The notes beneath the pieces are model-generated. The model was not told where the DNA came from, ran no database searches, and worked only from the letters and a program-made list of their open reading frames with translations. This document shows positions 1-8,879 of a stretch of 64,000 nucleotides of DNA, in pieces. The stretch lies in assembly GCA_965648935.1 (NCBI GenBank), contig CBFGIY010000001.1, forward strand, positions 32,794 through 96,793. Direction: 5' to 3'. The position numbers and the translations under genes are program-made. Each line of letters starts with the position of its first letter. The stretch's first letter is position 1. Source of the stretch: a candidate division WOR-3 bacterium (GTDB lineage Bacteria; Hydrothermota; Tepidihabitantia; Tepidihabitantales; Tepidihabitantaceae).

Positions 1-2
1 CT

Positions 3-266
3 GCAGACCGCCCGGGCCTCGTTGTCATGCCCAACCCGTTTGCCCGCACCGCCCGGGTGCGCTTCACATCGCCGGTCCCCGGGCCGGTCCGGCTCGCTCT
101 CTACAACGCCGCAGGCCAACTGGTTCACAGCGAATCGCACGCGACCGGGAAGCCCGGGCCGGTTGAGTTCCTGCTGGACGGAACGCGGCTGAACAGCGGA
201 ATCTACATTGTGCGGGCCACTTCCCCGGCAGGCACGCTCAGCGCAAGGGTGGCGGTGCTCAGGTAG
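3..266 (+). CDS. 3' fragment of a secreted protein with C-terminal Ig-like (T9SS type A/FlgD-like) sorting domain; 5' end outside window
   Basis: Frame is open from the window edge: ...GLVVMPNPF...LYNAAGQLV...LNSGIYIVR...VAVLR, the PNP / Y-N-x-x-G / G-x-Y pattern of such domains. Confidence 0.75.
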   Translation, partial: ADRPGLVVMPNPFARTARVRFTSPVPGPVRLALYNAAGQLVHSESHATGKPGPVEFLLDGTRLNSGIYIVRATSPAGTLSARVAVLR

Positions 267-981
267 CGCTCCGCCCGGCTGACCAGGCCTCGGCCGCCGA
301 GCGCACCCGCGCGGCCGCGTCCGGCGGCAGGCCCTTCTCTGACTGCCACCGCTCCAGCCGCTCCATTGCCCGCGCCCGCCAGTACCGGCTCTTCTGCGTG
401 CGCCGCAGTGCGGCAACGGTCATCCGGCCGAATGTTACCAGCGGCAGGTACTGCGCCGAGGTCCGGCCGATGCCCAGCCGGTCCAGCTCGCGGCCGATCA
501 ACTCGCGCAGTTCGGCGTCCGCGCGCGCGGCCCGGCCGTGTCTTGCCGCCTGACCGGCCAGCCGCCGCAGACTTCTGCCCGATGGCAGCCCCTTCCCGCG
601 CGCCGCCGCGACTCCCGCAGCGTATCGCGCCGCCGCTTCGAGCGAACCCGGCTCAAGACCGCTGTCCGCCTCGACCACGGCCCGGCGCAGCACCTCGGCG
701 CGCGGGCCGGGTTGCGCGGTCCAGGCCGACAGCAACTCATCCAGTTCGCCGACCCCTGCCCCGCACACGCGCAGGTATTCAAGCACAGTGATGATGCTCG
801 GCGCGCCGCCCCGGCCACTCTCCAGCCGGCTCACTGCCTGCTGGGTAGCCCGGCCCCCGGCGAGCAGGCGGGCAAGCTCTGTTTGGGACAGCCCGGCCCG
901 CTCACGCGCCCGGGCCAGCCTTTGCCCGAGCAGCAGAAGAAACACCTCGCGCGCCAGCGCACTGCCGGTCGAATCTCGCAT
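259..981 (-). CDS. XRE-family HTH protein with a C-terminal helical domain resembling the 29490-29861 capsid-fold-like protein
   Basis: N-term LARARERAGLSQTELARLL...QQAVSRLESGR is a classic XRE HTH. Start placed at ATG 981, 6 nt after a -10-like hexamer. Confidence 0.8.
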   Translation of the reverse strand: MRDSTGSALAREVFLLLLGQRLARARERAGLSQTELARLLAGGRATQQAVSRLESGRGGAPSIITVLEYLRVCGAGVGELDELLSAWTAQPGPRAEVLRRAVVEADSGLEPGSLEAAARYAAGVAAARGKGLPSGRSLRRLAGQAARHGRAARADAELRELIGRELDRLGIGRTSAQYLPLVTFGRMTVAALRRTQKSRYWRARAMERLERWQSEKGLPPDAAARVRSAAEAWSAGRSAT

Positions 982-987
982 TTCGGC

Positions 988-1015
988 AAAATACAACATT
1001 TATGTTGTAAGTCAA
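988..1015 (-). promoter_or_regulatory. sigma70-like promoter of the HTH gene with a palindromic operator in the spacer
   Basis: Minus strand TTGACT (1015-1010), 16 nt, TATTTT (993-988). Perfect inverted repeat TACAACAT-TT-ATGTTGTA at 992-1009. Confidence 0.65.
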
Positions 1016-1033
1016 CATCTACGCTTTGATTCA

Positions 1034-1324
1034 TAACGCTTATAATCGCAAATACTTACACGATTCACCCGGTATTGACCGGGCAGTTCCCCGGGTCGTT
1101 TCCCGGCTGTTCTGCTGTTTCACAGCACGGACTGATGCGGGACACGGCCGCAGGGCGTCTCAGCCTGCCTCAAGGCTGTTCACGCCCGGAGTCTGCAACC
1201 GGTGCAGGCCGCTACCCAACAACACGGCCACGGCTGGGCGCAGCACGGTCGAGGATTCGGGGGCCAACCGAGAAGGCGCGGGCCTGTCCAGTGCCCGGTG
1301 CGGTTGCGCCCCCAACTGCCGCGA
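1034..1324. repeat. 25-nt AT-rich motif followed by a 12-bp-phased degenerate tract (tract 1)
   Basis: TAACGCTTATAATCGCAAATACTTA at 1034-1058. C at 18 of 24 positions 1037+12n, often as CA/CT. Near-repeats ATTGACCGGGCA, GTTCCCCGGGTC, GTTTCCCGGCTG at 1074-1109. Confidence 0.7.
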
Positions 1325-1330
1325 TAGTGT

Positions 1331-1359
1331 TTGACTCGGCCGACCCCTCATCATAGAAT
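1331..1359 (+). promoter_or_regulatory. sigma70-like promoter for the BNR-repeat gene
   Basis: TTGACT, 17 nt, TAGAAT. Confidence 0.65.
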
Positions 1360-1444
1360 CATCTGGCTGGGTTTCTCTCCCGGCCGTTTTCTTGATTGCA
1401 TCCGCGATTCGAGGCCCGCTTGCGGGCGAAAGGAGACCGAAGGC

Positions 1445-3661
1445 ATGAATAGGTCCGCAATAATCATCGGCGCCCTGCTCGCGCTGTTCGCGGTCGGCCT
1501 TGCCGACTGGGTCAGCGTCGGGCCGGCCGGCGGGCCGGTGTACGCAGGGGCGACCGGGGCGGGCAGCTCGCCGGCGCTGTATGTCGCCTCGACCAACACC
1601 AGCTACCCGCTGCTGCGCTCGACCGACGCAGGCGCGACCTGGGCGACGTTTGGCGCGGTTCTGTCCAACTACCCGCGCCAGCTCGTCGCCCACCCGACCG
1701 ACCCGAACCGGCTCTATCATATCGTCAGCTCGCTGTTCTACCGGACCACGGACGGCGGCGCGACCTGGACCCAGTCTTCGCTCGGGTCCAACAACAACGG
1801 CAACGACATCGCGCTCAATCCCCTCAACCCGCAAACGATTTACGTGCCGACCTACAAGTACGACGGAGCCGCGTGGAAGTTCGCCTGCACCAAGAGCACC
1901 GACGGCGGCGCGACCTGGACCGCGACCCAGCTCGACACCCTGACCGGCTCGACCATCTACTCGGCCATCGTCGACCCGGTCGACACCAGTGTCGTCTATG
2001 TCGGCGCGTACTGGAACAGCATCACCATCGTCTTCAAGTCCACCGACTGCGGCGCGACCTGGACCCGCTATGACTTCCCGGCCAACGCCTACTACATCTA
2101 CTCGTTCTACATCAACCCGGCCAGCCACAACACCGTGCTCGCCGGCACGCTCTACGGCGTGTACCGCTCGACCGATGCCGGCCAGACCTGGACCCGCCAG
2201 AGCACCAACAACTACAACTACCGCATCGTTGCCGCCCCGGACAACCCAAACATCCTCTACTCCGCGGCCTACACCGGCCTGTGGCGCTCGACCGACGGCG
2301 GCCTGACCTGGGCCAACTCCTCATCCGGCATTCAGGGTACCCAGATTCGCGTCGTGCTCACCGTGCCCGGCCAGAACGGGGTCGTGCTCTGCGGCTCGAC
2401 CGGCGGCATGTTCAAGTCGACCGACTACGGCGTAACCTGGACCCCGGCCAACTCGGGCGTAGTTATCGGCAAGATCCCGGCCGTGGCCCACGTGCCGAAC
2501 CAGACCGGCCACGCCTGGGCCGAGTTCACCGACTACGAGCTGTTCCGCACGACCGACAACGGCAACACCTGGTCGGTGGCATCGACGCCGCTGTCCTGCG
2601 GCAACCTCTGCAGCTTCGCGTTTGACCCGGCGGACCCGCAACGCGTCTGGATGCTCGAAGGCTCGGGCTGAGGCAACGCCGAGCTCTTCAAGAGCACCAG
2701 CGGCGGAGCCGCTTGGCAAACATTCACAACCTCACTCTCTGACGGCGGCTGGGTCGCCGTCTCGCCTCACAGCTCGAATGTCGTGTTCGCGGTCGGCAAC
2801 ACTTACAATGCGGCGTATTACATCGGCGTGATGCGCACGACCGACGATGGCGCGACCTGGCGCCAGGATACCCTCCTGCACGGCTCGCGCGCCTGGGCCG
2901 TGGCGTTCGACCCGGTCAACCCCAATCGCGTCTACATCGGCGGCGACTCGGCCTACTCCTACCCGGCGCTGCTCGTCACCACCGACCTCGGCGCGACCTG
3001 GACCCAGAGCCGCAGCGGGCTCACCGGCATCGTGAACGCGCTCGCGGTCGACCCGACCAACCCGAGCCGCATATACGCCGGCAACAGCACGGGCGTGTTC
3101 CGCTCGACCGACGGCGGCGCGACCTGGACCCTCTCGTCGCTCACCCGGAACACCAAGACCATCGTCATCGACGCAACCAACCCCGGCGTGCTCTATGCCG
3201 GGACCTACGGTTACGGCGTGCACAAGAGCACCGACGCAGGCCTGACCTGGACCGACTTCTCGACCGGGCTGACCAACAACAAGGTGCTCTCGCTCGCCCT
3301 GCGCTCAAGCGACGGCACCCTGCTCGCCGGCACCGAGGGCGGCTCGGTGTTCCGCACCGGCGTGCCGACCGCGCTGGCCGAGCCGGGCCTGAACGGCATC
3401 GCCCGCCGCGGCCTCCGCGTCTGGCCCAACCCCCTGACCGGCGAGGGCATCCTCGAGTTCGCGCCCGCGTTCCCGGGCCGGTTCGCTGCCGCGGTCTATG
3501 ACCACGCCGGCAGATGCGTGCTAGACCTAGGCGCGCGCGACCTGTCGGCCGCAGCCGGGTCGTGGCGCATCGACGCGCGCGGCCTTGCCGCCGGAACCTA
3601 CTTCGTGCGGCTTGCCGGCCCGGACGGCACGCGCACGGCCCGGTTCGTCAAGGCCGAGTAG
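1445..3661 (+). CDS. Secreted BNR/Asp-box beta-propeller protein with C-terminal sorting domain; one gene with in-frame TGA at 2669-2671 (codon 409), candidate selenoprotein
   Basis: AAGGAG RBS and signal peptide MNRSAIIIGALLALFAVGLA. Many S/T-T-D-G-G-x-T-W repeats. ORFs 1331-2671 and 2783-3661 are in one frame, and the gap translates GNAELFKSTSGGAAWQTF..., another Asp-box repeat. Confidence 0.85.
2697..2716 (+). promoter_or_regulatory. Candidate bacterial SECIS-like hairpin
   Basis: CCAGCGGC-GGA-GCCGCT(T)GG; the G-starting loop begins 33 nt after the TGA. Confidence 0.45.
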
Positions 3662-3678
3662 CGGCCTGTTCTGAACTC

Positions 3679-3706
3679 AGCCGGCCCGCCTTCTGGCGGG
3701 CCGGCT
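3679..3706. terminator. Hairpin terminator between convergent genes
   Basis: AGCCGGCCCGCC-TTCT-GGCGGGCCGGCT, a perfect 12-bp stem. Confidence 0.75.
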
Positions 3707-3730
3707 TCTCTGTGGAGTAAGTCGAATGGG

Positions 3731-5332
3731 CTATTGCGTCATCACCACCCGGACAGCACCGCCGCCCTCGAGCCGGCACAGGTACACGCCCGGCGCGACG
3801 CGCCGGCCCTGCCCATCGGTCCCGTTCCACTCTCCCGCACCGCGGTTGTCCAGATCCACGATTCGCACCAGCCGCCCGGCCGCATCGTGAATGACCACCG
3901 CGCCGGCGCGGTGCGCGCTCAGGCTGACCCTGCCCCGCGCCGGGCTGGGATACGCCCTGAGCGCGGCGCGCTGCGATGGAGCCGGCCGCTCGGCCAGCGC
4001 CACGGGCGGCCCCTCGTACCCGAAGAGCCCGGTGCGCCAGATGTCGTGCTGCAGGGTCGGCCAGTCCCGCCTGCCCGGCGTCACCGCGGCCGTGTCGGCC
4101 TCGAAGTGCCACCACTGGGACCAGCGATAGGTCGGCCCGATGGCGAACTCGACCCGGCCATCTGAGTCAAAGTCGCCGCAGGTCGCATCGGCCATCGTCG
4201 TACCGACCGTGTCATTCCACAATGGCTGCCCGGTGCAATCCAGCACCCACATCGGCCGCAGCGAGTCGTTCGGGTTGTTCTGCTTCACCTCGGCAAAGAC
4301 GACCTCAAGCCGGCCGTCGCCGTCAAAGTCGGCGACCCCGGGTGACGATACGATGTAGTAACCGTCAGCCACGCGGAACTGCCACTTGTCCCGGCCGGTG
4401 CGGGCGTTGAAGCACCGCATTGCCGGCCCGAGCGCGACCACGACGTCCAGCGTGTCATCGCCGTCCACGTCGGCAATCGCCGGGTAGGATGCGCCGTGCT
4501 CGGCGATGCGCCGGGTCCACTTCTCCTGCCCGGCATAATCGAGGCAGAACGCGCCCCAATAGTTCGCGACCCCGAAGACCTCAAGCCGGCCGTCGCCGTC
4601 GACATCGGCCACCGCGGCCGACGCGAGCTGCCAGCCGGCAATCCCTGAGCCGGAGGTGTTGTAACTCCAGAGCTTGTTGCCCGCGTTATCCAGGCAGTAG
4701 AGCTGGCCCCCGCCCGCCGTGAAGGAGACCTGCCCCAGCACTTCGGGCCGGCCGTCACCGTCCAGGTCGGCCACCGTCGGCGTGCCGACCGAGAAGCGCG
4801 CGCCGCTCGTCTCGGCATAGGTCCACAGCGTATCGCCGGCCAGCGGTTCGAGGCAGAGCAGGCGGTTGTTGTAGACCTCGTAGGCAAAGACCTCGAGCAG
4901 GCTGTCGCCGTTGACGTCGCCGAGTGCAACCGAGGCGATGCAGTTCTGCACCGCGCCCTGGCCTCCGAGGGTGCGCCGCCAGAGCGAATCGCCGCGCTCA
5001 GACAGCGCGTACACGGCCAGGGGTGTGGCCACCACGACCTCGACCGCGCCGTCATTGTCGATGTCGGCCGCGACCGGCGAACTCACCGCGGGAAAGTAGT
5101 TGCTCGCGGGCAGAAACTGCCAGCGGATGATGCCGTTGACGTCGTAGCAGTAGAGCCGGGCATTGCCCGGCACCAGCAGCTCGGGCACGCCGTCGCCGTC
5201 CAGGTCAAAGATGCCGGTCGCCGAAGAGCTGTGGTTGTCCAGTCCGATTGTCCGCACCAGGTCGAATGTCCAGCCTGATGCCGCGCCGGGCAGCAGCGCC
5301 AGCAGCGCGAAGAAGAACACGATTGGCTTCAT
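3731..5332 (-). CDS. Secreted FG-GAP/VCBS-repeat beta-propeller protein with FlgD-like C-terminal domain
   Basis: Signal peptide. Repeated D-x-D-G-D-G-x-x-E motifs. C-term WNGTDGQGRRVAPGVYL. Confidence 0.85.
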   Translation of the reverse strand: MKPIVFFFALLALLPGAASGWTFDLVRTIGLDNHSSSATGIFDLDGDGVPELLVPGNARLYCYDVNGIIRWQFLPASNYFPAVSSPVAADIDNDGAVEVVVATPLAVYALSERGDSLWRRTLGGQGAVQNCIASVALGDVNGDSLLEVFAYEVYNNRLLCLEPLAGDTLWTYAETSGARFSVGTPTVADLDGDGRPEVLGQVSFTAGGGQLYCLDNAGNKLWSYNTSGSGIAGWQLASAAVADVDGDGRLEVFGVANYWGAFCLDYAGQEKWTRRIAEHGASYPAIADVDGDDTLDVVVALGPAMRCFNARTGRDKWQFRVADGYYIVSSPGVADFDGDGRLEVVFAEVKQNNPNDSLRPMWVLDCTGQPLWNDTVGTTMADATCGDFDSDGRVEFAIGPTYRWSQWWHFEADTAAVTPGRRDWPTLQHDIWRTGLFGYEGPPVALAERPAPSQRAALRAYPSPARGRVSLSAHRAGAVVIHDAAGRLVRIVDLDNRGAGEWNGTDGQGRRVAPGVYLCRLEGGGAVRVVMTQ

Positions 5333-5377
5333 CTGTCTGCCTCCGTTCGCGCCAGTCTAGCCCGCGCCCCGGGCCGG

Positions 5378-6271
5378 TCAAGCCGCCAGTCGCGGGTCGC
5401 GCCGGGCGGAGCGGATTGCCGCAAGCGCGCTCTTCTCCTTGTCCTTTATCTCCAGCATCAGGTCGAAGTCGTGCGGCCGGGTCCGGCGCAGGAACTGCCG
5501 GAAGTCGTCAAGTGCGATGTGCTCGGCGTGCTTGCCCCGCCGCGCGCCCGGCTCCTGCGATGAATAATCGCACATCGGGATACCGTCCGGCCGGCGCCAG
5601 GTCCGCGCGCACGCCGCGAGGGCCTCCTCAAGACTCTCCCCCCGGTTGTTCACCGCGTGGTGGAAGCTGTCAAACAGCACCGGGATGCCGACCAGGCCGT
5701 GAACCCGCAGGCAGTCCGCGACCGGGTAGTTCACGTCGTCGTTTTCGATGACCAGGCGCCGCCGCACCGAATCGGGCAGCCGCCGGTAGCGCTCGGCGAA
5801 GCGCGCGATTGCCGCGTCCCGGTTTCCGTACACGCCGCCGACGTGAATCTGTATCTTCGCGCTCCGGCCCAGGCCCAGCAGGTCGAGCACCGCGGCGTGA
5901 TACTCCAGCTCGCGCACGCTGTTCTCGACGATGCGTTCATCGAGCGCGTTGATGAGCGTGAACTGGTCCGGGTGCATCGAGATGCGCACGCCGTGGCGGC
6001 GGATAGACCGCCCGATGCGCTCGAACTCGGACCGGAAATGAGCCTGCCACGGAAAGGTGCATACCGGGTGCGATGCGAATGGCACGAGGTCCGAGCTGAT
6101 GCGGAAGAACCCGATGCCCTGCCCGGCGTTCCAGCGCAGGACATGCGCGAGGCACCGCAGGTTGTTCTGGACCGTCTCGACCAGGCGCTCCGGGCTGTAC
6201 GAGCGCAGCCGGAACGTCCTGTCCCCGAGACATTCGACGGTCCGGTTGATGCAGGGATAGCCGATGCGCAC
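5378..6271 (-). CDS. uvsE: UV DNA damage repair endonuclease UvsE
   Basis: RIGYPCIN, FFRISSDLVPFASHP, SMHPDQF, IHVGGVYG, IENDD, MLEIKDKE. Confidence 0.93.
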   Translation of the reverse strand: MRIGYPCINRTVECLGDRTFRLRSYSPERLVETVQNNLRCLAHVLRWNAGQGIGFFRISSDLVPFASHPVCTFPWQAHFRSEFERIGRSIRRHGVRISMHPDQFTLINALDERIVENSVRELEYHAAVLDLLGLGRSAKIQIHVGGVYGNRDAAIARFAERYRRLPDSVRRRLVIENDDVNYPVADCLRVHGLVGIPVLFDSFHHAVNNRGESLEEALAACARTWRRPDGIPMCDYSSQEPGARRGKHAEHIALDDFRQFLRRTRPHDFDLMLEIKDKEKSALAAIRSARRDPRLAA

Positions 6272-6332
6272 GCGCGGTGGTCCCGGTCAGGTATGCGCTT
6301 CGCCGCTCGCCATTCGGCCTTCGGAGTTCTCC

Positions 6333-7295
6333 TCAGCGTCCCTTGCCCGAATCGTGAATCTCGACAAGCTCGACCGGGTAGGGCCGCAGAAAGCTCTGCT
6401 GGGCAAGGTAGCGCTCGTCGAACCGCGCGATCCAGGACCGCAGGATGCCGACCGGCACCGAGAGCGGCAGTTTGCCCCGCCGGAAAGTCTCCAGCGCATC
6501 GAGAAACTCGGCCTTCTCCGCCTTGTTCAAGCCGTCTTTGAAGTACCCGAGCCCGTGCATCAGCACGTTGATTGCCGCGGTGTACTTGACCGGGTGCGCC
6601 AGCGCCTGGGCCAGCCCGGCGGCGTAGAGTCGGAAGACCTCGGCCGCCGGCCGGCGCTCGGCATTGGCGACGACCCGGCCCAGCCGGTGCAGCTCGTCCT
6701 GATTGAAAGCCATCAGCAGCAGCTTGTGCCGTGCGTGGAAAGCCACCAGCCGGCCCAGTGCCGGTTCGGCCGCGATTGCGCGGAACTCGGCCAGTGTCCA
6801 GACCCGGGCAAGGAAGTGCTCGCGGATGGTGAAGTTCCTGAGCCGGCCCTCGTCCTCGACCGGCAGGTGCGAGAACCGCTCCATCACCGCGCCGCCGAAA
6901 AACCCCTGGCGCTTCGCGGAAGGCAGGAGGTTGCCGTCCTCGTTGTAGGTCTTCACGTCGCGCGTGCCGCACGACGGCGAGCGCGACTTGAGTACGAAGC
7001 CGTCAACCGGCCCAAGCCCGTCAAGAAACGTCGCGCAGAACCCGGTCATCGCATCGGTGCAGTCGCGCCCGGTCTTCGGCTGGACCAGCTTCTTCTCGCC
7101 CTCTGTCCGGATGATGCGTATCGGGTCGCGCGGCACGCCCAGCCCGATTGCCACCTCCGGGCAGACCGTCACCGCCTCGACGTGAGCTTGGAGCTTCTGA
7201 ACGAAGTCGTCGTTGATGACCTCGCCGTTGTAACGGCAGTGGTCGAACCCCAGGCACCGGCTGAACAGCAGCCGGGGCCGGACCGCTGCGTTCAC
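6333..7295 (-). CDS. DUF523/DUF1722 (YbgA-type) protein
   Basis: SRCLG..CRYNG, VCPEVAIGLGVPRDPIR, LKSRSPSCG, EDEGRL, FHARHKLLLMA. GTG start overlaps the upstream TGA. Confidence 0.9.
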   Translation of the reverse strand: MNAAVRPRLLFSRCLGFDHCRYNGEVINDDFVQKLQAHVEAVTVCPEVAIGLGVPRDPIRIIRTEGEKKLVQPKTGRDCTDAMTGFCATFLDGLGPVDGFVLKSRSPSCGTRDVKTYNEDGNLLPSAKRQGFFGGAVMERFSHLPVEDEGRLRNFTIREHFLARVWTLAEFRAIAAEPALGRLVAFHARHKLLLMAFNQDELHRLGRVVANAERRPAAEVFRLYAAGLAQALAHPVKYTAAINVLMHGLGYFKDGLNKAEKAEFLDALETFRRGKLPLSVPVGILRSWIARFDERYLAQQSFLRPYPVELVEIHDSGKGR

Positions 7296-8158
7296 CTCGC
7301 CTCCTCGGCCACCACCGCGAGCCCGGGCGGCAGTCCGGCGACGCCTTCGAGTTCGAGTATGACGATGACATACTCGGCGTCGAACCGCTCGCGCGTGTCC
7401 TCGCTGCGCACGGTCCGGCCGCCGACATAGGGCGAAACCGACAGGACCCGGCCCATGCCCAGCTCGCGACGCGACTCGGTCTCCACCAGCCGGTAGCGGC
7501 CGCCTGGCCGCACCCGGTCGCGCCAGAAAGACTCGACGAAAAGTCGCGCCTGCAGCTGCGGCGAGCCGAGCGTTATCTTCGAGTCGTCGCCTGCGGCCAG
7601 GGTCTGGCCCAGACGCACGTCCAGCTTGTATACAACCCCGTTCGCCGGCGCGCGCAGCGTGAGCTGTTCGAGTTGGGCGCGCGCCAGCTTCAGCTCGGCC
7701 TGCGCCGCCGCGGCTGTCGCCGAGTCCAGCTCGGCCTTGAGTCTGAGCTGGGTCAGGTCCTGGTCTGATACTCCCTGCGTCGCGTTCAGACCGGCCGCCC
7801 GCTCGTAACTGTCGCGGCTGATGGCCCTGGCCCGTTCCGCCGCGGCCAGCCGCGCCTCGGCCGCCGCGACCTGCGCCGCCTCCACCGAGTTCTCGCACAC
7901 CAGCAGGGCCTGGCCCGCCTCGACCGTGTCGCCCTCGGCCGCAAGGATGGCGCTGACAGGGCGCGGCACGCGCGCGGCCACGTGCACCGGTCCGCCCAGC
8001 GGCTCGACTGCCCCGTACATCCGCACCGGCGCCGCGGCCGCATCGGGCGGCTCGGGCGTCGACTTCCGCGGCGCGGACCGCAGCAGCGCGACCACCACGA
8101 ACATCAGCACGACCACGACCGCGACCGGCACCGTCGCCCGCCTGACAAATCTCTTCAT
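7292..8158 (-). CDS. Efflux periplasmic adaptor (HlyD/MFP family)
   Basis: N-term TM, lipoyl half motifs EGDTVEAGQALL and LRAPANGVV, coiled-coil hairpin. Confidence 0.85.
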   Translation of the reverse strand: MKRFVRRATVPVAVVVVLMFVVVALLRSAPRKSTPEPPDAAAAPVRMYGAVEPLGGPVHVAARVPRPVSAILAAEGDTVEAGQALLVCENSVEAAQVAAAEARLAAAERARAISRDSYERAAGLNATQGVSDQDLTQLRLKAELDSATAAAAQAELKLARAQLEQLTLRAPANGVVYKLDVRLGQTLAAGDDSKITLGSPQLQARLFVESFWRDRVRPGGRYRLVETESRRELGMGRVLSVSPYVGGRTVRSEDTRERFDAEYVIVILELEGVAGLPPGLAVVAEEAR

Positions 8159-8159
8159 C

Positions 8160-8879
8160 TCAACTGCCTCCAGTCCCGGCGCGCGAGTCGTAGACCACCG
8201 CGCCGTCTTCCATTCTCACCAGCCGGTCAGCATAGGGAAACACGCGCGGGTCGTGCGTCACCAGCACCACCCCGCGCCGCGGGTCGCGCGACAGCCGCTT
8301 GAGCGTGTCCAGCACCAGCCGGCTGGAATCGACATCCAGCGCCGAGGTCGGCTCATCGCAGAGGAGCACGGCCGGGTCGCTGACGAGTGCCCGGGCGATC
8401 CCGACACGCTGCTGCTGGCCGCCCGAGAGCTGGCTCGGCCGCGCGTCGAGGTAGTCGCCCATGCCCAGTTCCTCAAGTAGCTTCACCGCCGACTGCCGGG
8501 CGCTGTCGGTCAGCCGGCCGCCCTGCACCGCCAGCGCGATGAGCACGTTGTCCAGCGCCGACAGCGCCGGCACCAGCGCCGCCTGCTGGAACACGAATCC
8601 GTACTTCCGCAGCCTCAGTGTCGCGAGCTCGTCCTCGGACCGGCCGGTCACGTCCTCGCCATCAACCTCGATCCGGCCGTTGCTCGGGCTGAGGACCAGG
8701 CCCATCACGGTCAGCAGGGTGGTTTTACCCGAACCCGAGGGCCCGGCCAGCGCGGTCAGTTCCCCGGCGAAGACATCGAGCGTCGTTTCCTTCAGCACGC
8801 GCCGCACCACGCGGCCGTCCGAGAAGTCGCGCGCCACGCCGTCGAGGCGCAGCACCGCCCTGGCCGCGCTCGTCGCCAT
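8160..8879 (-). CDS. ABC transporter ATP-binding protein (LolD/MacB/DevA type)
   Basis: [29 protein letters not shown]. Confidence 0.93.
   Translation of the reverse strand: MATSAARAVLRLDGVARDFSDGRVVRRVLKETTLDVFAGELTALAGPSGSGKTTLLTVMGLVLSPSNGRIEVDGEDVTGRSEDELATLRLRKYGFVFQQAALVPALSALDNVLIALAVQGGRLTDSARQSAVKLLEELGMGDYLDARPSQLSGGQQQRVGIARALVSDPAVLLCDEPTSALDVDSSRLVLDTLKRLSRDPRRGVVLVTHDPRVFPYADRLVRMEDGAVVYDSRAGTGGS

Noticed and set aside
2669..2671. Genome-wide TGA reassignment (code 4 or 25) as the explanation of the in-frame TGA
   Set aside because: TGA ends many well-conserved genes at their expected C-termini (rubrerythrin, pth, ychF, pyrK, pyrD, hydE), so it is a normal stop here.
2783..3661. 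Separate 292-aa gene as listed in the ORF track
   Set aside because: It has no RBS or signal peptide and starts mid-repeat; the upstream in-frame sequence continues the repeat pattern across the TGA.
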